Origin: a virus
Length of the DNA: 64,000 nucleotides
Virus record (IMG/VR): IMGVR_UViG_3300044967_000005
Strand: one strand, 5' to 3'
Below the pieces are notes generated by a model. It had not been told where the DNA came from and searched no databases. It worked only from the letters and a program-made list of their open reading frames with translations. The position numbers were made by a program, and so were the translations under genes. Positions within the stretch are counted from its first letter, which is position 1. Each line of letters opens with the position of its first letter. Positions 18,138 through 26,882 of the stretch are shown here, one piece after another.

Positions 18138-18375
18138 GAAGTCCCCACCTCGATGTTTAGTTTTTTCTATTCATACGAGATATACGGTTTTTATTTTGGA
18201 AAAAACCAATATTAAAGAAAATATATCATGGAATAGATATTTAGTTTGTCGAATTTTGCGAATTAATAAATATATTTCATGCTACCAAATACCTGCCGCC
18301 AAATACTTCCTTGTTAATAATTTACGTATTTACATACATTTCCTCCGTTTACCTAATTCTTATTAATTAGACAAC

Positions 18376-18421
18376 AAAAAAACACATTTGCACCCTGAAA
18401 TTAGGGAACAAATGCGTTTTT
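18376..18421 (-). terminator. Intrinsic terminator/attenuator in the rep leader
   Basis: Minus strand ACGCATTTGTTCCCT...AGGGTGCAAATGTGT followed by a T-run. Confidence 0.65.
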
Positions 18422-18425
18422 ATCC

Positions 18426-18454
18426 TTGAATGTTTTATTCTGATATAGTAAGAT
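18426..18454 (+). promoter_or_regulatory. SigA-type promoter for an antisense RNA
   Basis: TTGAAT-17-TAAGAT, with no ORF downstream. Confidence 0.65.
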
Positions 18455-18598
18455 TAATGAGTAACCAAAACTATATAAAAACATTTAAGCTAAGTATGCA
18501 GATGTCCCTGGTGAGAGGGACGGTTGTAGAGTGCGTCGAAACACTACTACAACACGCGGAAAGGCTTTTTTGTTTTTCCGATTCATTAAGTTACTCAT

Positions 18599-18627
18599 AG
18601 TATAGTGATATTTATAATATTTTGCAA
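18599..18627 (-). promoter_or_regulatory. SigA-type promoter upstream of the rep leader
   Basis: TTGCAA-17-TATACT on the minus strand. Confidence 0.7.
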
Positions 18628-18637
18628 TAGTGCGTCG

Positions 18638-18676
18638 AAACGCCCCTAGTATGATAGATAACTAGGGGCGTTTTTT
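18638..18676. terminator. Terminator hairpin, probably bidirectional
   Basis: AAACGCCCCTAGT...ACTAGGGGCGTTTTTT. Confidence 0.75.
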
Positions 18677-19064
18677 ATTGTAGTTTATTTATATTAATTT
18701 TAGCTTCTGCTTCTTCTACTTCATCTATGCGGTACACCGCGCGAGAACTGTCTTTAATGGTGTAGTTATGACCACGTTCTGCTTCGGTAAGTCCTAATTC
18801 GTCGTACAGTCTTTCCCAAAGGTCAGCTTCTTGGTCGTTGAATTTTTTACAGCTATGTTCGGCTTGAACTTGTTCAATAAAAGCATTGATTCTCGCTTTG
18901 AGTGCTTCGTGTTCAGCGTTATGAGCGTTATCGTTAGCTTCAAATTCAGCTTTTAATTCTTGGCTAACACGTCCCACTCGAACCTTTACCGTTTCAACTT
19001 CTTCGATCTCCACGCCTAGTCTTTCTGCAAGATACTTACCAAATGACATTTCCAATTCCCCCAA
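18675..19064 (-). CDS. Hypothetical protein
   Basis: 129-aa ORF; likely start MSFGKY. Confidence 0.7.
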   Translation of the reverse strand: MGELEMSFGKYLAERLGVEIEEVETVKVRVGRVSQELKAEFEANDNAHNAEHEALKARINAFIEQVQAEHSCKKFNDQEADLWERLYDELGLTEAERGHNYTIKDSSRAVYRIDEVEEAEAKININKLQ

Positions 19065-19103
19065 TTTTCAATCATTTTGACGTTTTTATACTACCATAAG
19101 GGT

Positions 19104-19511
19104 TTAGAATGGTAAATCGTCGTCTGAAACTTCAATTGGTGGTGCAGGATTTTCATGTGTAGTTGTACCTGGTGAACTACTACCGCCATTACCTTTAGGT
19201 TCTAAGAACTGAACGGAATCCGCGACAACCTCTGTTGTATATACACGCTTTCCATCTGTTCCTTCATAGCTGCCTGTTTGAATACGCCCTTCAACACCTG
19301 CAAGACTTCCCTTCTTCAAGAAGTTCGCACTATTTTCTGCTGGCTTTCTCCAAACCGTGATATTAATAAAGTCTGCTTCTTTCTCTCCTGAAGCATTGCT
19401 AAACGGACGATTTACAGCAAGCGTAAACTTCGCTACTGCTACACCCGAAGGTAAGTATTGTAATTCTACGTCCTTTGTAAGCCTTCCAACCAAAACTACT
19501 CGATTTATCAT
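19104..19511 (-). CDS. ssb: Single-stranded DNA-binding protein
   Basis: [14 protein letters not shown]...DDDLPF. Confidence 0.97.
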   Translation of the reverse strand: MINRVVLVGRLTKDVELQYLPSGVAVAKFTLAVNRPFSNASGEKEADFINITVWRKPAENSANFLKKGSLAGVEGRIQTGSYEGTDGKRVYTTEVVADSVQFLEPKGNGGSSSPGTTTHENPAPPIEVSDDDLPF

Positions 19512-19663
19512 TATGTTTCCCTCACATTCTCAAAGTCGTCCACGTCAACGTTCCCAATTACATCTAAAATTTCCTCAACCTCTTGAAAGCCGAACTTATC
19601 CTCGCGAATCCATACCAACAGTTCAACTTTGGCGTCTATCTTTGCCTGGAAAACCCTACTCAA
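19511..19663 (-). CDS. 50-aa acidic protein between recT and ssb (not in track)
   Basis: TTG start with AGGTG RBS; stop overlaps the ssb ATG (TAATG). Confidence 0.5.
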   Translation of the reverse strand: MSRVFQAKIDAKVELLVWIREDKFGFQEVEEILDVIGNVDVDDFENVRET

Positions 19664-20477
19664 CAATTTCACCTGTTTCATTGTCTATTGTTGGTACATA
19701 TTCGCCCATATCAATAATGCTTGAACGTTCTAAGTCTTGGTGAACCTCTGCGCCACTTGCTTCGTCGAAGTTGCCTAGTTGTTCAACTGAAATCGGTAGG
19801 TACTTAATTAACTGGCGCAACACTGATTTACGAGCCATTGCGTCAAATTCGTCTTTCCACGGACCGAAGTTTTTCGATTTAGCGTACTTGTCGCGATACT
19901 TTTCAGCTTCCTTGTGGCTCATGACCAAGAATGAATATCCTCCGTCTTTCATCTTAGCAATAGCGTAATAGGCTACTGGCGCGCCCTTGTCGTCCATAGC
20001 AGGCTTGTGGATCAACTTGTCATTCAAGCCATATTCGTATTCAAATTCATCATTCTCAAAGACGGTACGTGCTTCGATTGTGGAAATTTGGCCGGAACGA
20101 CGAACTAAATCAATCAATCCTTTATAACCAATGATGAATTGCGCTTCCATGCGGTTCGTTTTGTTGTTCTTAAAAGGCAACAGATAAGATTGCCCCATCA
20201 AGCCTGGTTCAAGCCCTAATTTAGCACTTTCCATTACTGCACCCATCAAACTGTTAATATCACATTCAAGAAGCTTAGGATTGCTTCTAATCACGTTCAA
20301 CGCGATTCTAGTCATTCGGTCTGCCGTCACATGCTTTGGAAGAACAGCGCTGATTGAAGGCATCATTTTATCTAGGTAATCGCCTACAAGTTGGTTCGGC
20401 GTTCTTGGCTTCTCGGCTACTTGTGTTCCAGCCGTTTGAGCTAATGTGCTTTTTAATTCAGATACTTTGCTTGTCAT
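19656..20477 (-). CDS. recT: RecT-family single-strand annealing recombinase
   Basis: LGLEPGLMGQSYLLPF, QFIIGYKGLIDLVRRSG, PWKDEFDAMARKSV. Confidence 0.95.
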   Translation of the reverse strand: MTSKVSELKSTLAQTAGTQVAEKPRTPNQLVGDYLDKMMPSISAVLPKHVTADRMTRIALNVIRSNPKLLECDINSLMGAVMESAKLGLEPGLMGQSYLLPFKNNKTNRMEAQFIIGYKGLIDLVRRSGQISTIEARTVFENDEFEYEYGLNDKLIHKPAMDDKGAPVAYYAIAKMKDGGYSFLVMSHKEAEKYRDKYAKSKNFGPWKDEFDAMARKSVLRQLIKYLPISVEQLGNFDEASGAEVHQDLERSSIIDMGEYVPTIDNETGEIVE

Positions 20478-20683
20478 TGTGTAACCTCCAGTTTTAGTTG
20501 TCTTAACATGTCTCTTGCCGTTTCCTTAACAAATACCTTTTCATGGCAATTACTTTCGTCTCGATCACACACGGGAATACGGATTGAAATATCCCCTTCT
20601 TCAAAAATCTTGCTGCTCAATGTGTAAGCGTCACAAACCGCGCATTTTTTGTGAATACGTGACTTTCCGTAACGAATTTTCAT
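20474..20683 (-). CDS. Small Cys-containing protein
   Basis: CAVC...C...C; overlaps both neighbours by 4 nt. Confidence 0.65.
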   Translation of the reverse strand: MKIRYGKSRIHKKCAVCDAYTLSSKIFEEGDISIRIPVCDRDESNCHEKVFVKETARDMLRQLKLEVTQ

Positions 20684-21696
20684 GAAAGAACCTCCTTTAG
20701 CAACTTCTGAACACTGTCGCGTTGTTTCTCCACAACATTCTTTCTATTGGCGAGTAACTGGTTTTTGTTGTCCTGGTCATGCAATTTATATTTGAGGGGG
20801 CGCTTGCCGTCTTTTGAGGTTTTCCATGTCACTTTGTGAACACCTGCATATCCGAACTCAACGTCTCCCATGATGGCTTTTACTTGGTTTTCATGTTTGG
20901 TCTTTTCTTTCTTCAATTCATCCATAAGCAACTTAGCAACTTCTATTTTTTCAACAAGTTCAATACATTCGTTCGGTAACGAGACAAGGTGTGCTTCATC
21001 GTCCACGCTTGTAGGGTATATTTCACGTAGCATATCTTTTTCTGAACCCAGTCCAGTCATTTCAGGTGGGACTTTCGCCAAGACGTGATTATGCCAAAAC
21101 TCTGATTCAATCTTAAACAGATACGCGATTAACTCATGGTCACGTTCGATGTAATAGTATCTAAACGTGTTTCCGCCGATCAGCACGGCTAAGTATGCAA
21201 AGTCAGCGTCCATCACAAACATGTTGTGCTGGCATTGAAGGAGATACGCGTTAGGCACATCGTTACCTTCCCAATCTTGGCGTAGCATGTAGTGGGCGGT
21301 CTTTGCTTCAAAAATGCCCTTCCCTTTCTCATGGCCGACAATCCATCCATCTAAATTCGTTCGGATGTAGTCATGGTCGGAATGAGCGAAAATCGCTTGT
21401 CGGTGAATGACTTTCAGTGGTGGTAATCCTTGTTCTTCTCGTTCTTTGTTTACGCGCATAGTGAACTCTTTTCGGATCGTTCCCTCATGCACATTTCCCC
21501 AGTACGCGGCTTCCATTACGTGTTCAGGTTTCTCCTGCGAGAACGCGTCAAGCTTGTCCCAAAACACCATGTAAGGAGAAGTGTATTTGCTTACTCCGGC
21601 TACAGCACTTGCGTCCGAACCGCCCAGTCCGTCTTTTCTTATTTTCAACCAATCTTCTCTCGACATTTTAGCCGTATTACATACTAATCTTGGCAT
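20680..21696 (-). CDS. yqaJ: YqaJ-like 5'-3' exonuclease
   Basis: GLGGSDAS, WGNVHE, NLDG, FEAKT, YLLQCQH. Confidence 0.93.
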   Translation of the reverse strand: MPRLVCNTAKMSREDWLKIRKDGLGGSDASAVAGVSKYTSPYMVFWDKLDAFSQEKPEHVMEAAYWGNVHEGTIRKEFTMRVNKEREEQGLPPLKVIHRQAIFAHSDHDYIRTNLDGWIVGHEKGKGIFEAKTAHYMLRQDWEGNDVPNAYLLQCQHNMFVMDADFAYLAVLIGGNTFRYYYIERDHELIAYLFKIESEFWHNHVLAKVPPEMTGLGSEKDMLREIYPTSVDDEAHLVSLPNECIELVEKIEVAKLLMDELKKEKTKHENQVKAIMGDVEFGYAGVHKVTWKTSKDGKRPLKYKLHDQDNKNQLLANRKNVVEKQRDSVQKLLKEVLS

Positions 21697-22235
21697 TTTG
21701 AATAACCTTCTTTATTAAAAAATTTAAACCCATTAGTTTGCTTGTATTGCCCTTTCATAACTCTCCCAATATGCCCTTGACTAATATTCAATTGTCGTCC
21801 TGCCTCTCTTTGGGAAACGAACTCAAATGTTTCATTCGTTTTGACGTTAATTGCAATAACCGCTTGTCTTGGGCTTGACTGTTTATCCATATCAAAAGAA
21901 TGGTCAATATTTTCTTGGTGTGTCGCCCACTCTAAATTCGATACATAATTATCAAATTTAACGCCGTTTTTATGATTTACTTGCGGTTTGTTATCCTCGT
22001 TCGGAATAAAGGCTCTTGCGACTACCTGGTGAGTTGTAAAGTAATGCCGTTTGTTATTTTTGTGTAAAACCACTTTCTTATATCCGTATCTGTCGGTAGC
22101 TTGTTTTAATAAACCGCCCAATGTGCCATTTCTAGGTAGCGAAAGAATATCACCGCTTTCAGAAACTTTGTACAGACCTTCAAACCCAACAACATCTAAC
22201 CATTCCATTTTTGGCAAGCTCCTCACCCCCCTCAT
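21684..22235 (-). CDS. NUMOD4-HNH-NUMOD1 free-standing homing endonuclease
   Basis: EWLDVVGFEGLYKVSESG (NUMOD4), HQVVARAFIPN...VNHKNGVKFDNYVSNLEWAT (HNH), FVSQREAGRQL (NUMOD1). Confidence 0.92.
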   Translation of the reverse strand: MRGVRSLPKMEWLDVVGFEGLYKVSESGDILSLPRNGTLGGLLKQATDRYGYKKVVLHKNNKRHYFTTHQVVARAFIPNEDNKPQVNHKNGVKFDNYVSNLEWATHQENIDHSFDMDKQSSPRQAVIAINVKTNETFEFVSQREAGRQLNISQGHIGRVMKGQYKQTNGFKFFNKEGYSKCQD

Positions 22236-22325
22236 ATTTAAACCCTACTGCATACAACTTATACGGTAAACGAACGCAAAAAAACCCTTTCTAGTTAAAG
22301 AAAGGGCGTTATTTCAATATTTATT

Positions 22326-22556
22326 TTAAAAAGAGTGGAGCATGGCTTCTTTGTCCTCGTCCTCTACATCATCTTGCATGACTACTGACTTAATTTTGTA
22401 TTGATATTGGTTTTCTCCAATCATGTCTGCATGGATCAATCGTTTAATATATCCACTTTTTTTACGAGAACCTTTGCTCATAACGTGATTATACAATGCC
22501 ATTTCGTGTTCGTCGTTTAAATCAATGGAAACAGTGATAGATGTTTTCTCCGTCAC
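22326..22556 (-). CDS. Putative ParR-like ribbon-helix-helix adaptor
   Basis: Beta strand ITVSID plus helices SGYIKRLI; start overlaps parM stop. Confidence 0.65.
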   Translation of the reverse strand: MTEKTSITVSIDLNDEHEMALYNHVMSKGSRKKSGYIKRLIHADMIGENQYQYKIKSVVMQDDVEDEDKEAMLHSF

Positions 22557-23413
22557 GAATACACCGCCTTCGCTAAAGTATAAAAGCCTACTGCGTTCGC
22601 GTACACAGGTTTTGCGCTGAGTATGTCATGTTCTCTTCTTAATTGGGGATTAATCAAAACAGCGTTCATGTAATGGCGTTGTAAGATGGGAGTTAGGGCT
22701 TCGGCAGCTCCTCCGCAAACTAGGACACTATCATCCTTTTTCCACTTTAGTTTAGTTGTAGCTTGGATAATCCCTCTAGCCATACTTTCTAGGTCGTTCT
22801 TGTTCTTCAAGGTTTCCATTCCAGTATTCATGGTTCCCGAGGACTTGTGAATGTGAAGCTTATTCAACATACGGACCATATTGACCGTGCCACTTCCGAT
22901 GTCCAAAACAGAAACACTACCGCCAACAGGGGCAGACCAAAAAGCGCCTGTTCCTTCAGGTGTTACTTTCACGTCAGTAATATGAATTTTACGTTTTTTG
23001 CCATTCACCACGAATTTATGTTCACCGCGCAACATGTTAATAATTTTGTTTTTCTCTTCTTCTTTGTGGTTGATAAGGGGTTGGCCTGTAACGATCCGAA
23101 ACGTGTCTATGTCCAGGTTGTATTTCTCCATGTAACGATGGATAGCAAGCAAGGCTCTTATTTTAGTATGGTCATGTGCTTTCGTGTCGCCGTAAATAGT
23201 TCCGTCTCCAAATTCGTCCTCATGTTCCGCGATGGAGCCTGCATAGCCTTTTTTGCCGTCGATTTCAAAATCCATATCGTCGTCGCCAAACTTATCGTCC
23301 AAGTCACGCTCGAACCAGCCACAAATATTTGTCTTGAATGAATCCACTCCGTACTTCCCTGCTGTTTTGCCTTTAAAGTTACCCAAGTCCATACCCAAAA
23401 TCTCAAAGTCCAA
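22553..23413 (-). CDS. parM: ParM/StbA-family actin-like segregation ATPase
   Basis: GMDLGNFKGK (phosphate 1), VTGQP, PEG, VLDIGSGTVN (phosphate 2), GGAAE, ANAVGFY. Confidence 0.9.
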   Translation of the reverse strand: MDFEILGMDLGNFKGKTAGKYGVDSFKTNICGWFERDLDDKFGDDDMDFEIDGKKGYAGSIAEHEDEFGDGTIYGDTKAHDHTKIRALLAIHRYMEKYNLDIDTFRIVTGQPLINHKEEEKNKIINMLRGEHKFVVNGKKRKIHITDVKVTPEGTGAFWSAPVGGSVSVLDIGSGTVNMVRMLNKLHIHKSSGTMNTGMETLKNKNDLESMARGIIQATTKLKWKKDDSVLVCGGAAEALTPILQRHYMNAVLINPQLRREHDILSAKPVYANAVGFYTLAKAVYS

Positions 23414-23441
23414 TGAAATTTCCTCCTTTATTATGTGGTGA

Positions 23442-23505
23442 ATTATTGCTACACCAATAATTCTATTATATTACTACCCTCTTATTATTGCTACACCAAT
23501 AATTC
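23442..23505. promoter_or_regulatory. Candidate parC centromere/operator
   Basis: ATTATTGCTACACCAATAATTC at 23442 and 23484; each contains the inverted repeat ATTATTG/CAATAAT; directly upstream of parM. Confidence 0.65.
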
Positions 23506-23579
23506 AAAATTTGCTATGAATCTCCACCCCCCCCACCGCATAAAGTGGAATATCCCATGTAATCGCGTTAAACCCTGTA

Positions 23580-24122
23580 ATGATTACATGGGATAAACCG
23601 AGAAAATGGAGGGTAGATATGGAAAGAAGGGTAGGGGAGAGGAAAACACGGTCAGATAAGAAAATAGATGTGAAGCCCACCTTGACCGTGAAGTCGAAAC
23701 GACAACTTTACATGTTCTGTGAGTTGTGCGAACTACCTGTAAAAGATGTTGCAGAACAATTATGTGAGAGGGCTTGTACATCTCCTCTTATATTAGATGC
23801 TATCCACGGCTGGTTTAGACGTGATTACTTTTGTCCTCCTGCAATACACAAGGGTTATACAGACCGCCCTAGATTGAAGTTGTTATTTCACGAAGAAACA
23901 ATTAAGGTTCACACGCGATTACGCCAAGACGCTTACGATCAATTATGTGACCTGGCATATTCGCTTGATTTACCACCGACAACGACTGCTGCCTTTTTAT
24001 TAAAAAACACACTGAAAAACCGCGAGTTTATGTTTGAGTATGTGCGTTCCATGCACCACCTATCCAATGAACAGAAGAACAATGTACACGCATTTTTAAG
24101 AAAGATATGGGGGTTTAGATGA
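23580..24122 (+). CDS. Hypothetical DNA-binding protein divergent from parM
   Basis: RKTRSDKK motif; GGAGGG RBS suggests start at MERRVG (23619). Confidence 0.7.
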   Translation: MITWDKPRKWRVDMERRVGERKTRSDKKIDVKPTLTVKSKRQLYMFCELCELPVKDVAEQLCERACTSPLILDAIHGWFRRDYFCPPAIHKGYTDRPRLKLLFHEETIKVHTRLRQDAYDQLCDLAYSLDLPPTTTAAFLLKNTLKNREFMFEYVRSMHHLSNEQKNNVHAFLRKIWGFR

Positions 24123-24476
24123 TTGAATATGTTATTAATCAATACTGTGGGTTTTGTCGCTTGTAGCGCTGTTGCGGTGATTGGGATAAAGAGTGTGTAC
24201 CATGCTTCCCAGGTTGAACAGTACGAAGAAGATTACGATGTTGAGATACCTCTTGAAGAAAGAAATATAACCGCCGATGTAGTAGGGTTAGCCGTTGAAA
24301 TTGTGCGTTTTGGATTGTACGTTATTGAGGACTTCACAGATAAGTTGTTCGATTCTCGTCTTGCTAATTGGTTGCGCGGTCTTTACCCACCCGAAACAGA
24401 TGAAGAAGATGATTTCCCAGGATGGGAAGATGAAGCCCCTAGATTTAAGCCTGGTAAATTTGAATTTGAAATGTGA
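24123..24476 (+). CDS. Hypothetical membrane-anchored acidic protein
   Basis: N-terminal hydrophobic helix, directly after the previous gene. Confidence 0.6.
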   Translation: MNMLLINTVGFVACSAVAVIGIKSVYHASQVEQYEEDYDVEIPLEERNITADVVGLAVEIVRFGLYVIEDFTDKLFDSRLANWLRGLYPPETDEEDDFPGWEDEAPRFKPGKFEFEM

Positions 24477-24599
24477 AAAAAACGTGATACAATATTTTTG
24501 AAGCGAGTATGACGGATTGTGTGCCGCGAACACATAAGGTTGCTTGATACCGAACAAGCAGAAAAGGAGGGGATTCTTTCAAGGCATCCCCTCCTTTTA

Positions 24600-24959
24600 C
24601 TATTTACCATGATAGAGTTTTTCTTCCGATAATTGTTTGATTATTTCTAATTGTCGTTCATTCGCCACACCCATTTTGTGGCTATTCCATAAAGCAACAC
24701 AACCACTTACTTTACATAACCATGTCATGAAATCAAAATAATATTCTTTCGGACATAGTTCATTCAATTCGTCTCTTGTCACATTTAACTTTTGACACGC
24801 AAGGGAAATCAATTTTTCTTGATGTGAAGGAACTGCATACATGACTGTTCCATCTTCGACAATAACAACTTCCAAGTAATTGATAAAAGTCATCTTGTGA
24901 GTTTCTATATTAAACGGAAGTTGTAATACTCTTTGTTCACTCACTATTCCTTTCCCCAC
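24600..24959 (-). CDS. Hypothetical protein
   Basis: NYLEVVI..DG...YAVPSHQEKL; co-transcribed with the repressor. Confidence 0.7.
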   Translation of the reverse strand: MGKGIVSEQRVLQLPFNIETHKMTFINYLEVVIVEDGTVMYAVPSHQEKLISLACQKLNVTRDELNELCPKEYYFDFMTWLCKVSGCVALWNSHKMGVANERQLEIIKQLSEEKLYHGK

Positions 24960-25369
24960 GTAATTCTTTTCCCTTTTAATCCTAATTGCTGTCTAATCGT
25001 GGTGGACGCGTCCCGCAAGCTATAAATGGATGTTCGACTACGAAAAACTTCTTCATTATTTTCATCATAAATCCATAAATCAAACCTTCCACTCCACTCT
25101 AAACTTTTGGCGGTGTAGCCATTAATGGTAGTAATCCATTTTGTTGTCTCTTCTCCTGAAAAGAACAACTCGTCAGTGGTTTTATTGAAATGCTTCGCGA
25201 TCCGTTTCTTAATCTTGTCGTTTGGTATTCGCAAGCCCAGTTCATACTGTCTCCATGCGGCTCCAGTAATATTAAGCAAATCCCCTAACTTGTCCTGGCT
25301 TAATCCTGTTTGCAAGCGTAATGTCTTTAATTCCTGACCGTGTGCTATGGTTTCTCGGCTTTTTTTCAT
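24944..25369 (-). CDS. XRE-family HTH protein, candidate immunity repressor
   Basis: LKTLRLQTGLSQDKLGDLLNITGAAWRQYELGLRIP; its promoter TTTACT-17-TATTAT contains the shared operator. Confidence 0.85.
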   Translation of the reverse strand: MKKSRETIAHGQELKTLRLQTGLSQDKLGDLLNITGAAWRQYELGLRIPNDKIKKRIAKHFNKTTDELFFSGEETTKWITTINGYTAKSLEWSGRFDLWIYDENNEEVFRSRTSIYSLRDASTTIRQQLGLKGKRITWGKE

Positions 25370-25403
25370 AGTACCCCACCTTCCTTAATCACTTTATAAT
25401 ATC

Positions 25404-25418
25404 AGAACATAATGTTCT
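25404..25418. promoter_or_regulatory. Operator copy 6 (repressor promoter)
   Basis: AGAACATAATGTTCT between TTTACT and TATTAT (minus strand). Confidence 0.8.
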
Positions 25419-25588
25419 AGTAAAGATAAAAGCGAAGGCATCTGTTTCCGCAGATGCCCCACACTACATATTGTTGCTTATTTTATCATACTATTCAAAA
25501 TGGCTATTTATGTTATAATTTATTTTACCCAAAGTCTCAATCTTAGAAAAGCCCCGACACTCGGAAAAGTGCGGGGCTTTTTGCTATT

Positions 25589-26233
25589 TTAAGAACTAAT
25601 AAAACTTTCAAATCCAGCTTTTTTTAGTGCTTTGACTTGTACTTCTGCATTTTCCTTATCAGCAAACGAACCAGCAACTACCCTATAGAGTGTTTTTTTA
25701 ACTACAGGCTTTGCGGCTTCTGCTTTTGCTTTTGCGATTGCTTCTGCTTTGGCTTTCGCGTCTGCCACTTCTTTGTTCTGTAAGTAGATGATTCGATTAC
25801 GAACCACGCCCATATCAGTTGCGGGACACGCGGTTTGTGCGCCTGGGAACTCTTTATGCCCTAACACTTTACTTGCAGGCAATTTAAAGCGTTTAAGATT
25901 ATATAACACGCGTTCTTCCCATGTTTTTTCTTGTGCAGGTGTAAACGAACCATTCCCTACAAGAGTAATGTGATAAATATAAGCATTTTGACCGCCTACG
26001 CCATTTGTAATTTCCTCGGGATCATAACAAAGTTGTACAGTTCCGTCACGAAGGATTATTTCGTGATACCCACCTGTACCCCATCCTTTAGTCTCATGCC
26101 AATACTCCCAAAATGATTCCCAGTTACCTGTATCGGTAGCCGAATGATGTCGTGCAATATGTGTTATGTCACTTACATTACGCGTTCTGTTTGAACGTGG
26201 CGTAATTGAACGAATATCTTTGATTGTCGCCAT
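25589..26233 (-). CDS. Endolysin: N-acetylmuramoyl-L-alanine amidase (amidase_2) with SPOR domain
   Basis: IARHHSAT, GYHEII, VLGHKEF..TACP; C-terminal LYRVVAGSFADKENAE. Confidence 0.92.
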   Translation of the reverse strand: MATIKDIRSITPRSNRTRNVSDITHIARHHSATDTGNWESFWEYWHETKGWGTGGYHEIILRDGTVQLCYDPEEITNGVGGQNAYIYHITLVGNGSFTPAQEKTWEERVLYNLKRFKLPASKVLGHKEFPGAQTACPATDMGVVRNRIIYLQNKEVADAKAKAEAIAKAKAEAAKPVVKKTLYRVVAGSFADKENAEVQVKALKKAGFESFISS

Positions 26234-26805
26234 TATAATTCCCCATCCCCAGGTGGTATTGGTGCTGCAACTACCGCAACTACTTCATCAATAACAGGTT
26301 CTACGCTAGTGAAGGGTTGCACGACTTCTTGTTTCTCCACCACTGGCGTTGTATTTCCTTTTTGCGTTAATTGTGCAAAGGTTTCCGTGAATTGTTTAGG
26401 CAGAGTAACACCTATTTTCCCCATATTTTCAATAAAGGATATACCTTCTGTGCCGATAAAACACATAATCAAAGAGTTGCGTAGAAATCCTTTTTCGCTT
26501 CCCATCAACATGTCTAATCGAACAGCTACAATTACCGCTAAAAACATAGCAGACTTCCTCATTAGACCTATAAAGGCTTTCTTTGAGCTAACTCCCACCT
26601 TTACGGCTTCCACGAACCCAGTTGCTTTAAAACGTTGTGATTGTTCGTATCCGTTTTTAGCCCCCACTAAAATACCCGAAACGAAATCAACGCCCATCAT
26701 AATTGCTAATGACAAGATTAGATTATCAAATCCGCCAACTAAGTAAGCAAAGATTGAAAAACCGCCACCAACTAGGAACGCGTATGTCGTATTTGTTTGC
26801 CCCAT
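26233..26805 (-). CDS. Holin (phage holin 4-1 type)
   Basis: GGFD.L...L..M.VDFVSG, SSK...GL.RK, EGISFIEN; stop overlaps the endolysin start. Confidence 0.88.
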   Translation of the reverse strand: MGQTNTTYAFLVGGGFSIFAYLVGGFDNLILSLAIMMGVDFVSGILVGAKNGYEQSQRFKATGFVEAVKVGVSSKKAFIGLMRKSAMFLAVIVAVRLDMLMGSEKGFLRNSLIMCFIGTEGISFIENMGKIGVTLPKQFTETFAQLTQKGNTTPVVEKQEVVQPFTSVEPVIDEVVAVVAAPIPPGDGEL

Positions 26806-26882
26806 TTGAAGCCACCCCTTTGTACTTCAATTATTGTAAGAACGAGGACCTTCACACCAAAGGTCCACGTCTGAACAACCAG

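Noticed and set aside
21684..22235. HNH gene as part of an intron in yqaJ
   Set aside because: yqaJ has an intact N-terminus and no intron core flanks the HNH gene; it appears free-standing.
8148..25418. GAAC...GTTC palindromes as LexA/DinR SOS boxes
   Set aside because: The spacer is 5 nt in all six copies; the Bacillus SOS box is GAAC-N4-GTTC.
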